The notes beneath the pieces are model-generated. The model had not been told where the DNA came from. It saw nothing but the letters and a program-made list of their open reading frames with translations, and did not search any database. A stretch of DNA of 37,939 bases from Hyphomicrobiaceae bacterium. Lineage in GTDB: Bacteria > Pseudomonadota > Alphaproteobacteria > Rhizobiales > JAKIUO01. Within the stretch, counting starts at the first letter, position 1; each line of letters opens with the position of its first letter. The stretch is from positions 1 through 37,939 of the forward strand of contig JAKIUO010000002.1 of assembly GCA_021647535.1 (NCBI GenBank), in the 5' to 3' direction. Both the position numbers and the translations under genes were made by a program. Shown here one piece after another: positions 8,291 to 16,759 of the stretch.

Positions 8291-8848
8291 CTACTTTTTG
8301 AAAAACCGGGAAAACAGTCCATCAACAGAAACAAAACCGGCCCCGCGAATAACCAGATAGACCAGCGGGAACAACCATAACAGGCGCTGATCGGCAATCA
8401 CGGCGTCCTGAAATCTGTCGAAGGGAGCCCCAAGCGTCTTTTCGTCAATATTGTGAAAATATATATCAACATACGTCATCACGGCAATGAAGCCGATCAT
8501 GCCCAAAGCCGACAGACGGGTAAACAGGCCAATGACAACCAGCACCGGCAGCACAAACTCGGCATAGGTGCCCATCGTCACAATGATCCCCCAGGGAATG
8601 AAACTTATTTTGTCCGTGTCATACCCCACACTTTTGGTCAGCGTCGGCAGGATTTGCACATAAGCTCCGGTGCCCGGTGTCAAAAAGCCGGGAAAACCAC
8701 TGCCAACCTTGGTCAGCGCCGAATTCAGGAAATAGCCCAGCAAGACGCTGGCAAAGGTCAGGCGTGCCGCCAGCCCCAAAAACCAGTCCCCTGCCACTTT
8801 TTGAATGATCGCAAACAGTCCCGCAAACAAATGATATAGAAAACTCAT
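8291..8848 (-). CDS. bufD: DoxX-family membrane protein (BufD-like)
   Basis: I moved the start to Met32 (nt 8848), preceded by GGGAG. The protein has four predicted TM helices. It sits immediately after the DUF2063 gene, as in bufferin operons. Confidence 0.75.
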   Translation of the reverse strand: MSFLYHLFAGLFAIIQKVAGDWFLGLAARLTFASVLLGYFLNSALTKVGSGFPGFLTPGTGAYVQILPTLTKSVGYDTDKISFIPWGIIVTMGTYAEFVLPVLVVIGLFTRLSALGMIGFIAVMTYVDIYFHNIDEKTLGAPFDRFQDAVIADQRLLWLFPLVYLVIRGAGFVSVDGLFSRFFKK

Positions 8849-8951
8849 AATAACTCCCGTTTTTTTAGAGTGCTTCCGGCAAAAGCCGATACCAGTTTTT
8901 CGATAAGAAGCACAACAATTCAAGAAACCCAAGTCGTTCATTCCTGCAATT

Positions 8952-9752
8952 TCATGCGGAATGAACCTGGTGTTTTTTTAGTGCAGCAACGCACCCTGAC
9001 GTAAACAGCGTCTCTAGGGCTTGCGCTGGCTCAAACTCTTTAAAAGTATGGCCCTTGTCGATACTCTTGCCAAGAGAAAGCCCGGCCTTTAAGGAATGCA
9101 GGAAAGCATGGGTCCCGCGATTAATCACACGTAGTTCGACCTCAAACAAGGGTCTCGTCAGCAAAGCGCATTGCGCCTCTTGCCCAGACGCCTCAAAATC
9201 GATAACTTTCCCGCCCTCGCCCTCGCCCTCCCCCTTTTGATGAGATGACCAGATGGAAACAACGCGATGGTCTGATTGTAGCAACTGCACGTCAGGGCAA
9301 AAGGCAAAGCACAAATTGATAAAATCCTCTTCGCCAAAGGCAGACAGGGCATCAATCGCAAGCGGTGTTTGGTCAGCGCTGTGATAGGCCGCGAGCCAGG
9401 CCCATTCCAGACGGGCCACATCAGCCAGATAGGGCAGAGATTGCGCCGGTTCAAAAGCCGCGATAAAATCACCATAGCCCGCGCCATAGTTCAGCATGAC
9501 TGGTGAAGTGGGTAGATGTTCCCCGGCAAAAACCCGCGCCATGGCCGTCGCGAATTCTTCGCCAACCAGCTGCGCCACGACGGGATAGCTATCAAGCAGC
9601 GCTTGCGTCAGGCTGACCATGACATTGTTGCGATAGACATTAAAGCGCTTGCCTGAAGGTTCACCAGCTGTCCTTGTGACAAAATCCGGCACACCTCTGG
9701 TGGGGTCGAGCAGGTTTTTGGCAAATAGCGCCTGTTGCTTATCCCAAACCAT
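8952..9752 (-). CDS. bufC: DUF2063-family RiPP-recognition partner protein (BufC/MbnC-like)
   Basis: I moved the start to Met38 (MVWDKQQALFAKNLLDP...). The N-terminus has the typical DUF2063 motifs (FNVYRNNV...L...YPVV..LVGEEFF..A). It overlaps the DUF692 gene by 14 nt. Confidence 0.8.
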   Translation of the reverse strand: MVWDKQQALFAKNLLDPTRGVPDFVTRTAGEPSGKRFNVYRNNVMVSLTQALLDSYPVVAQLVGEEFATAMARVFAGEHLPTSPVMLNYGAGYGDFIAAFEPAQSLPYLADVARLEWAWLAAYHSADQTPLAIDALSAFGEEDFINLCFAFCPDVQLLQSDHRVVSIWSSHQKGEGEGEGGKVIDFEASGQEAQCALLTRPLFEVELRVINRGTHAFLHSLKAGLSLGKSIDKGHTFKEFEPAQALETLFTSGCVAALKKHQVHSA

Positions 9753-10653
9753 GCGCTGGCGCTCCTTGCCGGGACAAAGCAGCAGGCCTATGCTGGAGGG
9801 CCTCAATATTTTTTTGCGCTTTTTGGCTTTCTGCAAACAATGTCTGCCAGCTCGGAAGATCATTATCCCATTCGATCAAGGTCGCCACAGCGCCAATTTG
9901 TGCAAGTGCCTGCTCATACAGCTCCCAGACTTTCCCGCAGACCTTGCGGTCATGGGCATCAATCAGCAAAGGCGCACCGGCATCATCCTTATCGCTCGCA
10001 TGTCCGGCCAAATGGATCTCCCCCACATGCTCATGGGGAAATTGTTCGATATATTTTTGGGGATCTTTATGGTGATTACGGCAGGACACAAAGACATTAT
10101 TGACATCCAGCAACAGACCGCAGCCTGTCTTTTGCGCGATGGTTTGCAAAAACTCGATTTCATCAATCGTGCTATCTTCAAAGGCGATATAGGTGGCCGG
10201 GTTTTCCAGCAATAAAGTGCGCCCGAGATGGTCCTGTGTCTGTTCCACATGATCGCACACGGTTTGCAATGTTTCACTGGTAAAAGGCATTGCCAGCAGG
10301 TCGTTGAAATAGCGCCCCTGATGGGTCGACCAGGCCAGATGTTCGGAAAAGCTCTGTGGCTGATAGTGATCAACAAGAATTTTCAAGCGATCCAGATGAT
10401 CTTTATCCAGCTCTCCCGCCCCGCCAATGGACAGGCCAACCCCATGGATGGACAAGGCATAATGTTCACGAATTTGCGAGAGGGTTCGGTGCGGCATTCC
10501 ACCAGCACCCATATAGTTTTCGGGGTGGATTTCAAACCAGCCAATGGCCGGGCGCTCTTCCAGAATCTCACGAATATGCACGGGTTTCAGACTGACACCG
10601 GCAGCGCGAGGTAGCCCCTTGCAAGGGTGTGCTGCATCAAATGAGTGTGGCAT
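9739..10653 (-). CDS. bufB: DUF692 multinuclear non-heme iron oxidase (MNIO; BufB/MbnB-like)
   Basis: Motifs present: GVSLKPVH...FEIHPENY, SIHGVGLSIGG, FSEHLAWS, LLLENPATYI, LLLDVNNVFV, EIHLAGH, LIDAHD and LIEWDND. I moved the start to Met21 (nt 10653), because a hairpin occupies the N-terminal extension. Confidence 0.9.
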   Translation of the reverse strand: MPHSFDAAHPCKGLPRAAGVSLKPVHIREILEERPAIGWFEIHPENYMGAGGMPHRTLSQIREHYALSIHGVGLSIGGAGELDKDHLDRLKILVDHYQPQSFSEHLAWSTHQGRYFNDLLAMPFTSETLQTVCDHVEQTQDHLGRTLLLENPATYIAFEDSTIDEIEFLQTIAQKTGCGLLLDVNNVFVSCRNHHKDPQKYIEQFPHEHVGEIHLAGHASDKDDAGAPLLIDAHDRKVCGKVWELYEQALAQIGAVATLIEWDNDLPSWQTLFAESQKAQKNIEALQHRPAALSRQGAPAHGLG

Positions 10654-10695
10654 AACCCACTTTGCCCCCTTGCCATTCCAGTCCAGATAAAGGAC

Positions 10696-10731
10696 CGGAA
10701 CAGCACACACCAAACGGTCAGCGCTGTTCCG
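10696..10731 (-). promoter_or_regulatory. stable hairpin in the bufA-bufB spacer (possible attenuator / partial terminator)
   Basis: cggaacagc (10696-10704) pairs perfectly with gctgttccg (10723-10731) across an 18-nt loop. The minus-strand 3' flank is tcctttatct. The plus-strand flank is atttttgtg. Confidence 0.45.
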
Positions 10732-10798
10732 ATTTTTGTGCGCTCACAGTTTTTGCAAGCACGATACAAGTCTTGTTTAGGCCTTATTTAGGCAAACC

Positions 10799-11098
10799 TT
10801 ATTTAGGATTGTCGCGATCAAGCGGCTTCAGGCTGCCTTTACGGCCACCCGGCAGTTCCATGCCAACGCAAGTGCCCTTGGGAACGAGTGTCCAGGCATT
10901 TCCCTGATAATCAAGCTTTGAGGTTCCGGCACAAGTGGTGCCAGCGCCTGCTGCGCAATCATTTTTGCCTGCTATTGAAACGCCATAGCATTCCACTTTT
11001 TCAGCAGCACTTACTTCAACAGAAGTCAGCGTGGTCATTGTAAAAGCTGTTGCAACGGCACCTGCGACCAGCGCGGCTGAAGCCAATTTCTTACTCAT
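10799..11098 (-). CDS. bufA: DUF2282-family secreted Cys-containing RiPP precursor (bufferin, BufA1-like)
   Basis: 99 aa with a Sec signal peptide (likely cleavage after VSA31). The core is [45 protein letters not shown], with Cys at 37, 48, 56 and 77. The RBS GGGAGA precedes the ATG. Confidence 0.9.
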   Translation of the reverse strand: MSKKLASAALVAGAVATAFTMTTLTSVEVSAAEKVECYGVSIAGKNDCAAGAGTTCAGTSKLDYQGNAWTLVPKGTCVGMELPGGRKGSLKPLDRDNPK

Positions 11099-11360
11099 TT
11101 GGTAGTCTCCCTGAGATATATTTCATCAATTAGGCCCGCTCAAAAACAGCTGAACCAAAAGCCCTGTCATCAGATCAAACAAGATGATCTTCGATCCCGA
11201 TAAGAAACAGGAAATGATATTTTTCATTGATTGTACAATAAAGAAACTTCACGGTTCCGTGTGGCATAGTTTTTTTTGTACAAGGCGGTTTCCCATCAGT
11301 TTACCAAGCTGAGCAGCAAACCATGACCATTCTGGGGCAACATCATCTCAGGAGAGTAAC

Positions 11361-11570
11361 ACCCCAGGGCAATTCAATTCTTGCGCAACTCGCTTCGCGA
11401 AAGGGCTATCGCCCATACCCATTCGGGGAAAGCCTTCCCCGAACCCCTTCCATTTTATTTTAAAGATCAAAAAGGGGTGGGTTTGGGAGGGCTCCTCTCA
11501 AGCGGGTGTGGGCGGCAGCCCGCTTGCGAAGCAAAGCTTTCGAGAATTAAATTGCCCTAAGTACCCCCCA
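11361..11570. repeat. Family-A palindromic intergenic mosaic element, copy A2 (about 45-bp imperfect TIRs)
   Basis: The left arm (11361-11402, accccagggcaattcaattcttgcgcaactcgcttcgcgaa) is an imperfect reverse complement of the right arm (11523-11569, cttgcgaagcaaagctttcgagaattaaattgccctaagtacccccc). The same module occurs at 815-856 in A1. Confidence 0.8.
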
Positions 11571-11613
11571 ACACAATGAATTGAAGTCGCCAAAGCCCCT
11601 AATGTTCACTTGA

Positions 11614-12366
11614 TCACGCCCGATTTCGGCGCAACCGCACATAGAGCGCACCGGCCCCGCCATGGCGGCGTGGTGCCTGCGAAAACCCCGCGACAAGCCC
11701 CAGAAGATCGGGCTCACCAAGCCACAAAGGAACGACACGGCGCAACACACCGTGTTCCGCTTCACCATAAATCAGCTCGGTCGGCGCAGCGGTGCGTCCC
11801 TTGCCGGTAATCACCAATACATGACGCAAATCCTGTTGATGGCAGCGTTGCAGGAAATTGCGCAGCGCCATATGAGCGGCCTCTTGATAGAGACCATGCA
11901 GGTCAAGCCGAGCCTCTATGGGCTGGCGACCATTATTGATCTGGCGCATCTCGCGACGGGAAAAATCAGCCGCTGCGGGCAATTCCACTTTCCCCGTTGC
12001 CGCCTGACCCGGCGCTCTCGATGCAGCACCTGCTCCCCCTTGTGGCCTGTCATTTTGAGAAAGTCCGCGCTCAAAAGCGGCACGCAGGTCTTCGAGATCC
12101 TGAGGTTGAGCCAATTGGCGCGGCACGCCCGCACCTGCAGAGCGATCACCAACCGATAATACAGGTTTTTCGTCCCGCAAAGGACCAAAATGCAAGCGAT
12201 CCTTTTCGCCCTTTAAAGGGGTCAGACTTTGCGTCACGCGCGCCCACAAGGCCGCATCATCATCGGGCAAAGGCCGTGCAAAAGGAGCCGCCGCCCCTTG
12301 ATCAGTCTGATCCGGCGAACGGGCCTTTCCGTCTTTATCTGTTTTCTTTCGCCGCCCCATACACAC
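11614..12366 (-). CDS. Smr/MutS2-type small endonuclease-domain protein
   Basis: C-terminal Smr domain: LDLHGLYQEAAHMALRNFL...VLVITGKGR...GVLRRVVPLWL. The start may be Met3 (12360). Confidence 0.85.
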   Translation of the reverse strand: MCMGRRKKTDKDGKARSPDQTDQGAAAPFARPLPDDDAALWARVTQSLTPLKGEKDRLHFGPLRDEKPVLSVGDRSAGAGVPRQLAQPQDLEDLRAAFERGLSQNDRPQGGAGAASRAPGQAATGKVELPAAADFSRREMRQINNGRQPIEARLDLHGLYQEAAHMALRNFLQRCHQQDLRHVLVITGKGRTAAPTELIYGEAEHGVLRRVVPLWLGEPDLLGLVAGFSQAPRRHGGAGALYVRLRRNRA

Positions 12367-12387
12367 AAGCTACCTTCAGTATACAAG

Positions 12388-13827
12388 CTACTTATTTCCG
12401 GTTCTAAACTGGCTGAAGGCATGGGTTGCGGGCGCGCTAAAGTCAAGGGCTTCGTCACGCTTTGGCTTTTGCGCCATCGTTTTTCCTGATGCGCTCGCCA
12501 TATTTGGCAGATGCAGGCTGACTGTGCGTGGCGCTATTTTTTTAGCAGCCAGACGCTTGTCAGTGACATGGCGACCAATGGTCAGCGGTTTGTTGCGCGG
12601 TAGCAGGACATAAAACTGTCCCTTGTGATAAGTACGCCCGGCAATATCTCCCGCTTTTTGTCCTGACCCCCAGAAGATATCACCCCGTCGCGCCCCTTTG
12701 ATAGCGGTGCCGGTATCTTGAGCAATCATCAGGCGGCGCAGATTATTGCGGCCATCCTTGCGAAAACGCGGCACCGACAAATAGATCGGCAGTCCCAGGC
12801 GATAATGACGACGATCGACCGCTAGCGAGCGCCCACCAACGAGCGCGATCCCCTGCGCCCCGATTGGCCCGCTGCCATCACTCTTATCGGACAGCTCACG
12901 GAAAAATATGAAACTCTTATTATACCACATGGCCTTGCGCCCCATTTTAGGGTTATTGCGCAGCCATCCCTTGACGCTATCCAGCGTGACCTTCCCCTTG
13001 ACCAGCTTGCCATTGCGCACCAGAATACGCCCTACAGAAGTATAGCCATAGCCATTTTTACCATCAAAACCGACCCGCATACGTGAACCATCGGGCAGTA
13101 TAATACGCCCTGAACCCTGAATATGCAGGAAGAAAACATCCACTGGATCAGCCAGCCAGAGCATTTCCAGACCGTGGCCGTCAAGCCCGCCACTTTCAAT
13201 CTGCTCACGCGTCAGATAAGGGGCCAGGCCCTTGCGGGTGCGCATAGCATAGGTCAGTTTTCGCGATAGACCCGCCCGCCGGGCGGCGCGTCTTTTTCGT
13301 TTTGAGTTAAGCACGACAAGGTCAGCAGGGCGGCGATAAAGCGGCACATTGAATTTGCTCGTCCGCACTCGCGACCCATACATTTCGGGTTCATAATAGC
13401 CCGTCAGCAGACCGCGCGACGAATGGACCTTATGCGGAACAAAATAGCTTTCAAAAAAACTCTTGGCACGTTTGCTGGAGATGTTGCGCGGCTGTTTTCT
13501 GGCCACTCGACAGGCCCGAGCCAACTGGTCACCACCAGAACTCATTTTCGTACAAGAATGGAGGAAAGTTTTGAACGCGGCGGCATGATCATCGCGTTTC
13601 CAGCCCGGCAGAGAAGAAAATCCAACCGGCTTGACCCGCAAGCCCTTGATATTGGGTTTGGCCACAGCGCTCTCCAACCAGCTCAACAGCCCAAACATAA
13701 CCACCAGCACTATGGCCAGCAACCGGGTAGCGGCACCATCACCCGAACGCAACTGTTCATTCAAGTTTGTCATTTCAGCCAATCTGCACTCCCACCCCTC
13801 GATTTGCGCTCGGCATATGGATGCCAT
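12388..13827 (-). CDS. mltA: membrane-bound lytic murein transglycosylase A
   Basis: MltA-domain motifs are present (LTGYYEPEMYGS, FFLHIQGSGRI, GYGYTSVGR), as is the 3D domain (AVDRR...IAQDTGTAIKGARRGDIFWG). An alternative start at Met19 (13773) lies just before the TM helix. Confidence 0.85.
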   Translation of the reverse strand: MASICRAQIEGWECRLAEMTNLNEQLRSGDGAATRLLAIVLVVMFGLLSWLESAVAKPNIKGLRVKPVGFSSLPGWKRDDHAAAFKTFLHSCTKMSSGGDQLARACRVARKQPRNISSKRAKSFFESYFVPHKVHSSRGLLTGYYEPEMYGSRVRTSKFNVPLYRRPADLVVLNSKRKRRAARRAGLSRKLTYAMRTRKGLAPYLTREQIESGGLDGHGLEMLWLADPVDVFFLHIQGSGRIILPDGSRMRVGFDGKNGYGYTSVGRILVRNGKLVKGKVTLDSVKGWLRNNPKMGRKAMWYNKSFIFFRELSDKSDGSGPIGAQGIALVGGRSLAVDRRHYRLGLPIYLSVPRFRKDGRNNLRRLMIAQDTGTAIKGARRGDIFWGSGQKAGDIAGRTYHKGQFYVLLPRNKPLTIGRHVTDKRLAAKKIAPRTVSLHLPNMASASGKTMAQKPKRDEALDFSAPATHAFSQFRTGNK

Positions 13828-13986
13828 TCACATGAAAATTTGCCGCAAACTCGTAGTGCGAAAAGTGCCAGACACCCTTCGCACAAGCACTATACGCGCA
13901 AAATGGGGCAATTTGCAGATCAACAGATTGTCATTTTTTGTGAAGAGCACAACAGCCCCTCCGCCAACAGAAATCTGTCTTTAAAT

Positions 13987-14742
13987 TCAGGAGGCTGATT
14001 CAGTTGCGACAAGTTGCCAGTTTGGATCTCTGGCAGTGGTATCGCGTGCAAAAGTCCAGATATCGGTGACTTCACGCACCTTTTTAGGATCACCTTCAAC
14101 AACTTCGCCATCACGCGTATGGGTCGCCGTTATCAACGAGCTGACAAATTTCACGGTGATCCTTGCCGTACGCCCGTTGCGCAATTCTGCATTGGCAATT
14201 TCAGCCTTGTCGATGCCAATAAAGCTGCTGTCGACAATGAGCTTCTTTTTCTCACGGACATCAAGCGCCCCTGTGAAGCCTTCGAAAACTTCCTTGGCGA
14301 GCAACTGCTTCAAGAGTTTGCGATTGCCCTCCGCAAAGGCCATGACAATCATTTCATAGGCGGTCTTGGCCCCATTCAAAAACTCTTCTGGCTCAAAACT
14401 CTTGTCGGCAGCCACCACATCTTGAAGTCCTTTTTCAAGAGCGCTGCCTTTTTTGGCAAATTTGCTGATTTGATCGGCCATATTCACCTTTTTCTTTACT
14501 TTTTGAGCGGGATAGGGATCAAGGCCGATCTGGCCATCACGCGTGGGAAGGGGCACAACATTATCATCGCGTCGCGCGCTCTGCTTGCTTTCCGGGTCTT
14601 TTGTTTTGCGAGGCCCGTATCCATCCATGGGGCGACCATCATCGTCATCGTCCTGTTGTCCAAGAACACCGCGAAGTTTCAGGCCGACAAGTATGGCCAC
14701 AACAAGAAATATTAGTGTGACTGGATCCATATTAGCACTCAT
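13987..14742 (-). CDS. Tim44-like domain protein
   Basis: An N-terminal TM helix and a charged linker precede a C-terminal Tim44-like domain (FLNGAKTAYEMIVMAFAEGN...WTFARD...DPNWQLV). It occupies the conserved position between mltA and fxsA/secB. Confidence 0.8.
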   Translation of the reverse strand: MSANMDPVTLIFLVVAILVGLKLRGVLGQQDDDDDGRPMDGYGPRKTKDPESKQSARRDDNVVPLPTRDGQIGLDPYPAQKVKKKVNMADQISKFAKKGSALEKGLQDVVAADKSFEPEEFLNGAKTAYEMIVMAFAEGNRKLLKQLLAKEVFEGFTGALDVREKKKLIVDSSFIGIDKAEIANAELRNGRTARITVKFVSSLITATHTRDGEVVEGDPKKVREVTDIWTFARDTTARDPNWQLVATESAS

Positions 14743-14937
14743 TAATGTCGTTTAATCCGTTAATTAAGCCACCCTGGTGCCCAAACGAGATTATACATGA
14801 ATTTCCAATAAAACAGGGTCGTCAGGACTTAGATATAAACATTGTGTCCCCTAAAGGACAAGAGCGTCACACGCATATTTGTCTCGCGTCGAAACAGGTA
14901 CTATATATTGATAACACTCAACTCAAGGGAAAGAAAC

Positions 14938-15495
14938 ATGCCTTTGCTGATTTTACTACTGTTTATCGGTTTGCCAATCGCCGAGATTGCTGTCCTGATC
15001 AAGGTCGCCGATGTGATTGAACTTGGACCAACCATAGGTCTTATTATATTGACCGCCGTCATTGGTGTCTACCTTTTGCGCCGCCAGGGGCTAAGCTCCA
15101 TGATGCGGGCACAAAACAGCCTCGAAGAGGGGCGCCTGCCAGTGGACAGTATTTCTGATGCGGTGGGGCTGCTGCTGGCTGGCGCATTTTTGCTGACGCC
15201 CGGGCTCATCACCGACAGTCTGGGCTTTGCCCTGCTGATCCCCGCTGTGCGCCATGGCATTGCCAGCCATCTGTTCAAAAAGGCGGCCAACGCGCGCAAT
15301 ATTCATGTGGATATGTTTGGCAGCAGCACACAAACAGGGCCTGAACGAAACCCGTTTGACGACTTCCCGCCGCGCCAAAACCCGCCGCGCCCTCATTCCG
15401 GGCCAGTGATTGAAGGAGAGATCATAGAGCCAAAGAGCTCTTCAAAGGCCGATGAAAAACCCAAAAACGACAAATCACCCTGGAAGCCCTCATGA
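14938..15495 (+). CDS. fxsA: FxsA-family membrane protein
   Basis: I moved the start to Met33 (ATG 14938), after AAGGGA. Motifs MPLLILLLFIGLPIAEIAVLIKV and LLTPGLITDSLGFALLIP are present. Confidence 0.85.
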   Translation: MPLLILLLFIGLPIAEIAVLIKVADVIELGPTIGLIILTAVIGVYLLRRQGLSSMMRAQNSLEEGRLPVDSISDAVGLLLAGAFLLTPGLITDSLGFALLIPAVRHGIASHLFKKAANARNIHVDMFGSSTQTGPERNPFDDFPPRQNPPRPHSGPVIEGEIIEPKSSSKADEKPKNDKSPWKPS

Positions 15496-15603
15496 GAATT
15501 TGGAGAAATCGCACATAATACCAACCCCCTTGCCAGCGATCACGCCCCATGTTAGCCAGCTTTATTCAAAAAATTTACAGGGCTTCAACAGGGGAATAGT
15601 AAA

Positions 15604-16110
15604 ATGAGCGACGATAAAGCAAAAAATGGCAATGGCAGCGCCAAGCAGGAAAAGGGAGAGGAACAAGCCCAATTCAATGTGCTGGCCCAGTTCATCAAGG
15701 ATCTGTCGTTTGAAAGCCCCAACACGCCAGAGAGCCTGCGCGGCCCCGGTGAAGATCCCAACTTGCAAGTTGATGTCACCGTTGGTGCTGACAAAGTCGA
15801 GGATGATATTTATGAGGTGGTGATCAATTTTGAAGCCGATGCCACCAACAAGGCCGGAGCCATCTACAAGATGGAAATGGTTTATGGCGGCCTGTTTCGC
15901 CTCGCCAACATGCCCGAGCATATCCGCCACCCCGTGCTGTTCGTCAATTGCCCAACACTTTTGTTTCCGTTCTTGCGGCGCATTATTGCCGACCTCACCC
16001 GTGAAGGCGGCTTCCCGCCCTTGATGCTTGACCCCATCGACTTTGCCGGCCTCTACCAGCAAAACCTCGACAAGGCCAATGCTGACAAGAAAAGCAAAGC
16101 TGACAGCTAG
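15604..16110 (+). CDS. secB: protein-export chaperone SecB
   Basis: The motifs FNVLAQFIKDLSFESPN and LFVNCPTLLFPFLRRIIADLTREGGFPPLMLDPIDF are typical of SecB. Confidence 0.9.
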   Translation: MSDDKAKNGNGSAKQEKGEEQAQFNVLAQFIKDLSFESPNTPESLRGPGEDPNLQVDVTVGADKVEDDIYEVVINFEADATNKAGAIYKMEMVYGGLFRLANMPEHIRHPVLFVNCPTLLFPFLRRIIADLTREGGFPPLMLDPIDFAGLYQQNLDKANADKKSKADS

Positions 16111-16388
16111 GCCCTGATCCTGATAAAGGAAGCCCAGTCATGCTGCAGCATATCTGTTTCGCCGATACAGGGGTTTGTCTTTATATTGGTGGCTACACGT
16201 TTTTTTTTCGGCTATTATATGCCGGAATTGCCGTCCTGGCCTTGCTGTCCTTTGTGGGTCTGTTTTCCCCCAAAAACTGTTTGCCAGCCGGGTTTTGCCG
16301 GGATCAGCCTGTTCTCCAGCCTGCAGCTGTTTGTACTGGCCCTCGCCATGCAACATTATTAGGGCCACCACATCAGGAAGAGACGCGC

Positions 16389-16586
16389 ATGATTGATCTG
16401 AACAATTTTAGTGGCTATCTGGTTGTCTACTGGATGATCCGCCTGCTCAGTTTCGCCATTGCCATCATGGCAATCTGGGGCCTTTACGACCCCCGCCGAT
16501 TTTTTGGCGAGCGCATATTTGCGGGCATTGGTCTGTTTATGTCCGCCCAGATCTACCTGTTCTCCATGATCATGGCCATCCATTAG
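16389..16586 (+). CDS. small two-TM membrane protein (65 aa), hypothetical
   Basis: Only the C-terminal 65 aa of ORF 16140-16586 look protein-like (MIDLNNFSGYLVVYWMIRLLSFAIAIMAIWGLYDPRRFF...). GGAAGAG lies upstream of ATG 16389. Confidence 0.45.
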   Translation: MIDLNNFSGYLVVYWMIRLLSFAIAIMAIWGLYDPRRFFGERIFAGIGLFMSAQIYLFSMIMAIH

Positions 16587-16695
16587 AGCAGATTGCGTTC
16601 ACTCGATCTGAGATGACAAAGCCGTTTTGCTCGGAGTTCAAGTCAAAATGGTGTAGATCAAACCCGAAACGCTTTAATGGCGATGGATGCAAAAC

Positions 16696-16732
16696 GGGCA
16701 AAGACGGCTTCTGCTATCTTTGCCCGCTTTTC
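16696..16732. terminator. bidirectional Rho-independent terminator
   Basis: gggcaaaga (16696-16704) pairs with tctttgccc (16717-16725). It is followed by gcttttcgg on the plus strand and by gttttgc on the minus strand. It lies between convergent genes. Confidence 0.75.
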
Positions 16733-16759
16733 GGTAACAGGATCATTGAGAAAAGAACA

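Noticed and set aside
8849-8941. N-terminal extensions of several track ORFs (8849-8941, 10654-10713, 9753-9863, 18229-18387, 3973-4026, 26567-26647, 953-997, 14842-14937)
   Set aside because: These extensions overlap upstream genes, hairpins or repeats and translate to non-native sequence. Internal Met codons with good RBSs and tight operon spacing give better starts.
11662-12407. Plus-strand ORFs overlapping the Smr gene (11662-12159 and 11997-12407)
   Set aside because: The Smr domain motifs are on the minus strand. The plus-strand translations are Arg/Pro-rich shadows.
14014-14715. 233-aa plus-strand ORF
   Set aside because: It lies antisense to the Tim44-like gene, whose domain motifs and conserved synteny support the minus strand.
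15562-16062. 166-aa minus-strand ORF
   Set aside because: It lies antisense to secB.
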